Virus record (IMG/VR): IMGVR_UViG_3300046507_000773
Span: 1 to 64,000 of that record
Reading direction: 5' to 3' (one strand)
Length of the DNA stretch: 64,000 nt
The translations under genes were made by a program, and so were the position numbers. Of the stretch, positions 52,466 through 60,036 are shown piece by piece. Below the pieces are notes generated by a model. That model did not search any database, had not been told where the DNA came from, and saw only the letters and a program-made list of their open reading frames with translations. Each line of letters opens with the position of its first letter. Position 1 is the first letter of the stretch.

Positions 52466-54511
52466 ATGATGTTCAATCAATCGAATGACCTGCCGTTCGA
52501 TCCCGTCAACCTGCAAGTCCAGCCGATCAACTTCAGCTTGCAGAATCCGCCGTACGTGCCGAACAACGTGAATACCCACGAAGCGTTGTACGATTACGTT
52601 CCGGCGATCTGCGCGCTGCTGGCCAACGAAATCCAAACCAAGGCCACGGCAAGCAATACGAACTTCCTCCGGGTGTTCATGTACAACCAGTGCGCTCCGA
52701 ACAACTTCGCTACCGAAGCGTTCGACCAGCTGGTGCATGCAACCCTGGACTTCGTCGTCTACATCCTGACCCCGCCGGTATCCATCCAGAACCCGTCGGT
52801 CGAAGCGGCTATCGAGTACGCCGTCCCCGAGATGGTGTACATGATGGCTGCCTACAACTGCCAGCAATACCCGCGTCTGGGTAGCGAGGTGCCGCAGCAA
52901 CTCGTTGGTACGCTGAAGGCGCTGATCGAACAGTACCACTTCGTCAGCAAGGAAATCGAGAACCTCAAGCGCGGCGGTCAGAAGTCGAACAACGCCAGCA
53001 TGGGTAATCGCTCGGCGTTCGGTGGTCGTGGTTCGTTCGGTGGTGGTCAAGCCAACAACAACAACCGCGGCTCGTTCGGCGGTGGTGGACAGCAGCAGCA
53101 AAGCAGCTTCGGTGGCTTCGGCAATCGCAACAACAACCAGAACGCCAACACCAATCGCAGCTTCGGCGCCAGCTCGGGTCTGTTCAGCAATACCAGCAGC
53201 ACCCCGATGGGCTTTGGCAAGCAAACCAATTCGTTCGGTGGCGGCGCGTCGCAGCCTGCTACCCAAATCGAAACCAAGCAAACCACCGGCAGCAAGTATC
53301 CGCAGCCGAACTTCAGCAAAGGAACCAACATGCAGCCTGCAGCACAAGCACCGCAGCAATCGCTGGCCGAAGAGCTGTCGTTCGAATCGCCGGCCGGCCC
53401 GTCGAACGAGGACTACACCGCCACCGACTGGGTACCGTCCAAGCGTTACCCGTACTTCCCGGCGTTTAACCCCGCTACCATGACCCTGTCGTACGAAATC
53501 CAGGCCGACGGGACCACTCATCCGATCTTGAAGAAAAGGGACCCGAATATGGAATACGACCGCCACGCTTTGCCGAGTGTTTTCGGTAACGCGCCGGAAA
53601 GCTACGACCTGAGCCGCACGGCTCAATCGCTGCAACGTATCCAGAAGGGCACGCTTGCCATCAACAGCGAAGCAGCCCTGGCTGCAGCGCCGGTCGAAGA
53701 AGGTCAGGAAGAGCCGAAAACGGTTCTGAATCACCCGGAATGGTTCATCGAGACGTCGCTGACCGGCGCCTGGCTCGTGACCCAGCTGGCTCGTCTGGAA
53801 CTGGACCAGTCCCCGGACGTGTTCCGTGCCAACGCGATGGTGACTTCCCCGATCATCGTGACCCCGGCCGAGAAGGAAACCGTCTCGATCCTGTCCAAGT
53901 GCATGACCTACAAGGGCCTGCGCGAACAGATGGAAGCTGCGTACACCCGGATGACCCCGGAACTGTACCAGGCTCTGAACACCCGGATCACCCGGATCGT
54001 GAACCAGAGCATCCGTCTGGAGATGGGCATTCCGAAGCTGTCGATGACGGACTTCCGTACCGACATCGTCGAAGTGCTCGAGTACATGGAAGAGCGTTAC
54101 GGCAAGGACGTGCTCAACGCGTTCACCTCGCGTCAGGAAGCGCACATCAAAGAAGCGATGGCAACCCTGGACGACGAAGCCTCGGCCAAGATGGTCGACA
54201 GCTTCCTGGCTGGCAAGAAGTTCCCGAACGACATCGCGCCGACGATGCTCTGCCTGGCAACCAACTTCAGCCTGACCGTCGTGAACGTGCGTTCGTTCGA
54301 CCTCGAGCTGGAACTGGGCAACGATGGCCTGGGTTCGGCAGTCACGCCGGAAGCTGTACCGGAAATCCATGAGCTGGTCAAGGGTCTGTTCACGGCGCCG
54401 CACGCCGAGATGGTGCATCGTCACCTGATCCGCACGCAAGACGGCCGCGTCATGGAAGCTGCGCAAGGTGCGCTGGGTGACGGTTACTACACCCTGTCGC
54501 TGGTCGAGTAA
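52466..54511 (+). CDS. Conserved-block protein with an FG/N/Q-rich disordered insert
   Basis: 681 aa with strong codon bias. Low-complexity segment at about residues 170-290. Confidence 0.85.
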   Translation: MMFNQSNDLPFDPVNLQVQPINFSLQNPPYVPNNVNTHEALYDYVPAICALLANEIQTKATASNTNFLRVFMYNQCAPNNFATEAFDQLVHATLDFVVYILTPPVSIQNPSVEAAIEYAVPEMVYMMAAYNCQQYPRLGSEVPQQLVGTLKALIEQYHFVSKEIENLKRGGQKSNNASMGNRSAFGGRGSFGGGQANNNNRGSFGGGGQQQQSSFGGFGNRNNNQNANTNRSFGASSGLFSNTSSTPMGFGKQTNSFGGGASQPATQIETKQTTGSKYPQPNFSKGTNMQPAAQAPQQSLAEELSFESPAGPSNEDYTATDWVPSKRYPYFPAFNPATMTLSYEIQADGTTHPILKKRDPNMEYDRHALPSVFGNAPESYDLSRTAQSLQRIQKGTLAINSEAALAAAPVEEGQEEPKTVLNHPEWFIETSLTGAWLVTQLARLELDQSPDVFRANAMVTSPIIVTPAEKETVSILSKCMTYKGLREQMEAAYTRMTPELYQALNTRITRIVNQSIRLEMGIPKLSMTDFRTDIVEVLEYMEERYGKDVLNAFTSRQEAHIKEAMATLDDEASAKMVDSFLAGKKFPNDIAPTMLCLATNFSLTVVNVRSFDLELELGNDGLGSAVTPEAVPEIHELVKGLFTAPHAEMVHRHLIRTQDGRVMEAAQGALGDGYYTLSLVE

Positions 54512-54519
54512 TCGACATA

Positions 54520-54553
54520 CGAGCCCACTCCCGAATCTGGGGGTGGGCTTTTC
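54520..54553 (+). terminator. Intrinsic terminator
   Basis: AGCCCACTCCC/GGGGGTGGGCT stem followed by TTTCTTTT. Confidence 0.8.
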
Positions 54554-54612
54554 TTTTCTGCTTTGTAGAAAGTTGCTTTTTCTGCAAGGAAATATTTATT
54601 AGAGGAAACAAA

Positions 54613-55224
54613 ATGAGTCAATCGCCGCAAGAATGCCATGGTCTGCAACGTCACCTGTGGGACCAAGTTGTTAAAGCCCACGGTTACCCGGAAGGCTACG
54701 AAGGCAAAGACACTGACGCTACCTTCAACCAGCCGCATCATCACAGCATTTCGCTCTTCCACGCTTTGCAGAAGATCGTGGACGGCGACACCAAGTACGC
54801 CGGTACCAAAATCGAGATGGCGCGTGATCCGGTCTATCTTCGCGATGCATTCAAGCTCGTGAGCACGGGCTACGTTGGCGTCGAAGACGAGAAAAACCCC
54901 AACGTGCGTCGTGTCGAAATCTCGGCAATGGTCTATCCGGAAGACACTTCGTTCATCTCGGCCGCCAAGAAGAGCGATGAGAGCGAAGAAGAACGAAAGA
55001 GCTCGAAGATGGCTGTGAAGACGGAAGCGCGCATTCCCGTCATGTTCATGACCAATATCAACAAGAAGGAACTGAAAGACCTTTCGGTGACTCGCCACTA
55101 CCAGGCCGACAAACCGTCGCGTGTCTACGCCGGCATGACCAACCGCGTACTGGAAACGCTGCCGCAAGATATCGTCAACTTCCTGTACGACGGCACTTTG
55201 CCGGCGGAACCCAAGCTCAACTAA
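54613..55224 (+). CDS. Hypothetical protein
   Basis: 203 aa, GAGGA RBS. Confidence 0.8.
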   Translation: MSQSPQECHGLQRHLWDQVVKAHGYPEGYEGKDTDATFNQPHHHSISLFHALQKIVDGDTKYAGTKIEMARDPVYLRDAFKLVSTGYVGVEDEKNPNVRRVEISAMVYPEDTSFISAAKKSDESEEERKSSKMAVKTEARIPVMFMTNINKKELKDLSVTRHYQADKPSRVYAGMTNRVLETLPQDIVNFLYDGTLPAEPKLN

Positions 55225-55236
55225 AGGGGGGCTGTC

Positions 55237-56763
55237 ATGGCTAAGAAAGAGAAGGGTAGCGTCAACGAGCCGACGCGCGAGGTGTTGGATCTCCGAGATC
55301 AAGGCGGGATTGACATTCGCACCAGCGTTGGCGACGAGGGACCTGTTCCCATTACCGGTAGCGTGGGCGTGGTGGTGCTAGGTAAAGATCCCGAGCGTTC
55401 GGCTATCATGGCGGACGTCATCCACAGCCAGCTGCAAAAGCTCGGCTTGCCGATGGTGGAGCGTCACGAGTTTCACGATGTGGGCAAGAGCCACACGATC
55501 GAATACGATGAACCGTCGGTCATGGACATCATTGGTCGTCGTGATCCCAAGCTTTACGGGACGGCAGTTGTGGTTGCACATGACAACTTCGGCCACAGAC
55601 TGGTGGGTAGCCAGCAAAATCAAATCGTCGGCGATATGGTCAAGCGTTCGGACCTGGTCGCCAACAATGAAAGCAAGGTGAGTCGTATCGGACATATCGA
55701 AGAATCGGACGACACTCGTCGTATCTTCGGTAAAAAGGTCGACAAAACCATCACCGATCTTGCTGACCGGGCGCACAACGAAATCTCGGAAGCCGTCACC
55801 AACATTCTGATCGATGGCGTTTATCGTCTCGAACCGAATGTGGCACCGATCAATCGTCTGCTCGCTGTCCAGGCTTTCGTCAGCCGGACAGGTGTGGGTG
55901 CGGCAGCTTACGATGGCTATCGCCGTGTGGAAAACATGCTGATGGCCGCAGAGCGCGTCGAGAACCATATCGACGAACGGGCGGATTCGGGCTTGTTTGA
56001 ACTTTCCTCGTACGGACTGGATCATCAGTTGCGTTCGAATCTGAAACTGGAAAACCAGATCTCGCATCCGAACCCGACGGAAGAAGACGATGAAATGAAT
56101 GCTCGTGTCTATGACGAGCTGGGGCATCTGATGTGTTCTTACCTGGATGTGCATCAGGACAACACGATGCGTCAAGTGAAAGGTCAGTTCCCGTACGACG
56201 GTAGCCTGATCAATCCAGCCTCCGTCGGCCTGCCGAGCGAAATCGACGGCAAGAAAGTCGAAGCGCGTTTCGTCTCGCACCCGGACGAACTGCGCTACAT
56301 CCTCGACCAGAGCAACGTCAACCTGAACGAGGTGGCGAAGAACAAGATCATCGATACGTTCTTCGCACGCGAGAATGCCAATCCGCCGATCTCGGGTGCT
56401 CGCACCTTTGCGCCGGGCCAGGGCTTCAATCGCGATTTGGCAAAGCTCGAAGGCATCGTCGAGGATCTGCGCAAGATGAACGAAAAGCGTATCGATCCTG
56501 CGGCAACCCTGGAAAAGCATCTCCAGAATCCCAAGGAGCCGAGTGCGGCAGAAAATGCCTGGGCCCAGGGCGTGGTTGACCGTGTGAACAAGAAGATCGC
56601 GGAAGACGCAGCCACGACCTCGGAGACGATCGAAGATCTGCTGGAAGATGCATCCGAACTTCCGATCAACGTTACCGTTCATGAGAATGGCATCAGCATG
56701 ACCAATACGAAAGATGGACCCATGCTCACGCTTCGTAATGGCGTGAAGGTCGGACGTTTCTAG
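55237..56763 (+). CDS. Hypothetical protein with an N-terminal module of the 57-59 kb family
   Basis: VGVVVLG...IMADVIHSQLQKLGL...PSVMDIIGRRDP. Confidence 0.8.
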   Translation: MAKKEKGSVNEPTREVLDLRDQGGIDIRTSVGDEGPVPITGSVGVVVLGKDPERSAIMADVIHSQLQKLGLPMVERHEFHDVGKSHTIEYDEPSVMDIIGRRDPKLYGTAVVVAHDNFGHRLVGSQQNQIVGDMVKRSDLVANNESKVSRIGHIEESDDTRRIFGKKVDKTITDLADRAHNEISEAVTNILIDGVYRLEPNVAPINRLLAVQAFVSRTGVGAAAYDGYRRVENMLMAAERVENHIDERADSGLFELSSYGLDHQLRSNLKLENQISHPNPTEEDDEMNARVYDELGHLMCSYLDVHQDNTMRQVKGQFPYDGSLINPASVGLPSEIDGKKVEARFVSHPDELRYILDQSNVNLNEVAKNKIIDTFFARENANPPISGARTFAPGQGFNRDLAKLEGIVEDLRKMNEKRIDPAATLEKHLQNPKEPSAAENAWAQGVVDRVNKKIAEDAATTSETIEDLLEDASELPINVTVHENGISMTNTKDGPMLTLRNGVKVGRF

Positions 56764-56859
56764 TTCAGTAACTAATGGTAAAAAAGCTAGCCTCTATTCA
56801 TCTTACGTAGAGGCTAGCAGTTGGGCCTGTCGTACATCTAAACGCTGGAAGGAATCCAC

Positions 56860-57183
56860 ATGCTGCACTTGAATCGCCCCATCGCCCAAACAATCGCGAT
56901 GATGGTCGACTTTACTGTGCTTTCACCTGAATACCACGGCACCGACATCCATGTTGTCCCAGACGCCCTGCAGGGAAGGCCTGTATCGATCTTTACTGCA
57001 CCAACTGCATCACCGAATAAAAGTGTCGTGATTTACGAGCCGACATTTGATGAAACCGTCTACGATGGCATCAATGTTTCGTTCATCAAGAATCATGCCA
57101 GTCTTCTGGATGATAATTTCAGAGGACCAGACGTAGCGAATATTGCCAGGCAACTCGTGGAATTCCTTGCACATTCTGCGTAA
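56860..57183 (+). CDS. Hypothetical protein
   Basis: 107 aa, GAAGGA RBS. Confidence 0.7.
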   Translation: MLHLNRPIAQTIAMMVDFTVLSPEYHGTDIHVVPDALQGRPVSIFTAPTASPNKSVVIYEPTFDETVYDGINVSFIKNHASLLDDNFRGPDVANIARQLVEFLAHSA

Positions 57184-57305
57184 TGTTTGCTGTTTGTTAA
57201 TAAAATGCTATGTTAAAATTATTGACCACGCTATTTTAATGAAAGGAATAATTACTTCACCAGTTTTGTTTTACTTTACAGTAACTTAGAGAAGGAAGAA
57301 AACAA

Positions 57306-57626
57306 ATGACAGCAGTTCCAGGAAACATTCACGTCAACATCAGCGGCCAGGACAAGGATGCCCGCGATGTGGTGGCGACCATCGTCAACGATGCACTGAC
57401 CAAAGAAGGGTTCACGAATACCGCAATCGTGAACTCGCACGGCGAACCCATGGCTGGCGTGCACGCGCCGTCGGTGCTCGACGTGCTGAAAAGCCGTGAC
57501 CCGGAGTTCTTCGCAACCCCGGTGCAGATCTGGGCTGACTCGCCCGTCGCAGAAGCGATCGTGAATGCGATCGTGCCTACCGTCGTCGAAGCCGACGTTA
57601 CCATCAACGAAATCGACCCGAAATAA
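57306..57626 (+). CDS. P-loop-derived mini-protein, array member 1
   Basis: ALTKEGFTN...PSVLDVLKSRDP. Confidence 0.8.
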   Translation: MTAVPGNIHVNISGQDKDARDVVATIVNDALTKEGFTNTAIVNSHGEPMAGVHAPSVLDVLKSRDPEFFATPVQIWADSPVAEAIVNAIVPTVVEADVTINEIDPK

Positions 57627-57627
57627 A

Positions 57628-58155
57628 ATGACTTTCGAAAAATCCGAAGAAACTCCCAAGCAAGCTCCGCGTCCAGCATCGAGCACGATCCACATCAACA
57701 GCAACAGCCGCATCGGCGAGCGCGTGATCACCAACATCGTCGCTGAAGCGCTGAAGGAAAAGGGCTTCACCAACGTGGACGTGCGCAAGTCCCATGGCGA
57801 AACCCACGTCGTCAAGAACGGTATGGAACCGCTGTCGGATGATCCGACGACCGTCATGGACGCCCTGATCGCCCGCAACCCGTCGTTCATGAACAGCCGC
57901 GTGACCGTGCAGCCGAACGGCTACCATTACGGTGGCGACATCCCGCCGGACAGCGAATACCCGGCCGCCGGCCTGCCGATCGTCGGCTACAAGACCGCGC
58001 AGTACGCCGACACGAACATCATCGCTGTCGACGAAAAGGGCGGTGAGCAATACATCGCCCACGCCAATTCGCCGGAAGTTGCCAAGGCACTGATCCAAGT
58101 GCTGGAAAAGTCCGACGTCAAGATCCCGGTCGACGCCATCCAGGCGCCGTTCTAA
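57628..58155 (+). CDS. P-loop-derived mini-protein, array member 2
   Basis: ALKEKGFTN...TVMDALIARNP. Confidence 0.8.
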   Translation: MTFEKSEETPKQAPRPASSTIHINSNSRIGERVITNIVAEALKEKGFTNVDVRKSHGETHVVKNGMEPLSDDPTTVMDALIARNPSFMNSRVTVQPNGYHYGGDIPPDSEYPAAGLPIVGYKTAQYADTNIIAVDEKGGEQYIAHANSPEVAKALIQVLEKSDVKIPVDAIQAPF

Positions 58156-58199
58156 TACCAGATCGCGCTCTCCGCTACGAACACTCCCCGTAGCGTCTT

Positions 58200-58231
58200 G
58201 GAGCGCCCATAACTAGGGCGCTCCTTTTTTT
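58200..58231 (+). terminator. Intrinsic terminator with overlapping antiterminator
   Basis: GGAGCGCCC/GGGCGCTCC stem followed by T7. Upstream GCGCTC competes for the 5' arm. Confidence 0.8.
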
Positions 58232-58248
58232 GTTAAGGAAGGACTATA

Positions 58249-58671
58249 GTGAACGTCCAAAAGCAAGCAAACGGTATCGACATCGTTATCGAAGGTGGTA
58301 GCGATTACAACAACCACATGGTAGCGATGGTAGCTACCAGAGCCCTGCACGATGCAGGCTTTACCAATGCGCACCGCGTTTTCACTCCGACCGGTACCAG
58401 CGAAGTGCATCGCCTGGCGAATACTGATCAGTACGTTCCCTCGGTGCTGGACGTTATTCGTAAGCAAGACCCGTCGGTGTTCCGTACGCCGGTCGTCATG
58501 GCTGCGCATGATCCGAAACCTTTCCCCAAAGAGCGTCGGCGCCACGATCGCGCGCTCTTGCAAGCAGATTCCATCGCCGAAGCCCTGAGCGTGAGCGATG
58601 ACCCGGATGAAATCTGGGCAAACCTGCAAGACGGAGACAAGCACAGAATCGTGCGTGAACTGGTGCGTTAA
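58249..58671 (+). CDS. P-loop-derived mini-protein, array member 3
   Basis: ALHDAGFTN...PSVLDVIRKQDP. Confidence 0.8.
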   Translation: MNVQKQANGIDIVIEGGSDYNNHMVAMVATRALHDAGFTNAHRVFTPTGTSEVHRLANTDQYVPSVLDVIRKQDPSVFRTPVVMAAHDPKPFPKERRRHDRALLQADSIAEALSVSDDPDEIWANLQDGDKHRIVRELVR

Positions 58672-58701
58672 TCCAGGGATCAACTAAAGTGAGGTAACAC
58701 A

Positions 58702-59016
58702 ATGATGAATCGAGACCATCTGAGCATCGCAGTCAAAAGCCCGGCTGTCGTGGCTAATGATCTCATTGGCCGAATCATTAAAGACGCCCTGAAAGGTGGC
58801 GGCTTCAAGTCCGTTGAAGTCTACGACCAAAAAGGCGATCCCGTCCCGCCAAAACCCCTGGTGACGATGCTCGATGCAGTACGTTCGCTCAGCCCGAAAA
58901 CTTTTCAAACGCGTGTCGCTATTCGCACGAAGGATGAAGACCATACGGAGTTGACATTCACCGAACAACTGCAAGGCGTCGAACTGGAAACTGGTGAAAC
59001 TGTGGAACAAGACTAA
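58702..59016 (+). CDS. P-loop-derived mini-protein, array member 4
   Basis: ALKGGGFKS...TMLDAVRSLSP. Confidence 0.8.
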   Translation: MMNRDHLSIAVKSPAVVANDLIGRIIKDALKGGGFKSVEVYDQKGDPVPPKPLVTMLDAVRSLSPKTFQTRVAIRTKDEDHTELTFTEQLQGVELETGETVEQD

Positions 59017-59058
59017 CGGCCTATTCAATGGAGTAGCGTTAGCATATGGAGGTTTAAA

Positions 59059-59367
59059 ATGGTTGAAGATGACATCAACATCCTCATTACTGGAGGACCT
59101 GATTCGGGCAAGGCTGTTGCTGCTGTACTCATCAACAAAGCTTTGGCCGACAATGGCTTTTCAGACGTCATCATGCTTTCGGATAGTGGCAAAGCCATTT
59201 CCCCGATTGAAGCAGTACCGTCCATTCTGGACGTAATTAAGAACGGCACTCCAAGGCTGTTCGAAACTCCCGTGATTGTCCAGGAGATCAGAACGAAGGC
59301 ACCTTACTTTCAGCGTCCCGCACGACGATTAGAGCCCTCAGGGCCAATTCTGGAAGTAGAAGGGTAA
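59059..59367 (+). CDS. P-loop-derived mini-protein, array member 5 (Walker A nearly intact)
   Basis: ILITGGPDSGKA...ALADNGFSD...PSILDVIKNGTP. Confidence 0.8.
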   Translation: MVEDDINILITGGPDSGKAVAAVLINKALADNGFSDVIMLSDSGKAISPIEAVPSILDVIKNGTPRLFETPVIVQEIRTKAPYFQRPARRLEPSGPILEVEG

Positions 59368-59485
59368 TCCCGGTGTTCCGGGAACTTCGCACTAGGGAAA
59401 GAATAAAGAGTCTGCTAAAGCAGCATAAGAAGCCAGTGGAGGAAACTCCACTGGCCAGTATGACATCGATTAAGAGGGCTATGGA

Positions 59486-59941
59486 ATGACCGTCAAGTTC
59501 GAGATTACTAGTGAAGCAACATCAGCTGTGTGCGCAGAGTTTCAACAAGAGATCGTCCAAAAGATCCAGTACTGCTTGGTCCATACGCCGGATGCTATTA
59601 CCCGTGAGAATCTGCATCAGATTGCATGGAAGACGAACATTGCCGTTCGTAAGAATGATACCGCATCGCTCATTACGATCCACCGTTTTGTTAATGAGAG
59701 TTACGACAAGCTTGCAGAAGCTGAACATGTTTCGCTTTCGATGAAAGTGCAACAGAGAATGAACGTGATCAATACCCTGGTCAACGGCATGCTCAAAGAC
59801 CACCCAACAGATCAACGCCTTCAAGAGCGCATCTTGACAATCGTGTACCCAATTGAGCAAGTCAAGTCCGATCCCGAGAAGTTTATTCGTTTAGCCAATG
59901 TCGCCATCACCCAGCTGACTACGTTAAGCCGTTCATTGTAA
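59486..59941 (+). CDS. Hypothetical helical protein
   Basis: 151 aa, convergent with the portal gene. Confidence 0.75.
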   Translation: MTVKFEITSEATSAVCAEFQQEIVQKIQYCLVHTPDAITRENLHQIAWKTNIAVRKNDTASLITIHRFVNESYDKLAEAEHVSLSMKVQQRMNVINTLVNGMLKDHPTDQRLQERILTIVYPIEQVKSDPEKFIRLANVAITQLTTLSRSL

Positions 59942-59951
59942 AGCAGCATAA

Positions 59952-60006
59952 GCCCCGCTACGCCACCTTTCCTATTATAGGATTGGTTGGCGTAGCGGGG
60001 GCCTTT
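59952..60006. terminator. Hairpin between convergent genes
   Basis: GCCCCGCTACGCCA/TGGCGTAGCGGGG stem flanked by GCATAA and TTTATGCCG. Confidence 0.75.
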
Positions 60007-60036
60007 ATGCCGGACTACTTCTTTTTTGCTTTGATA

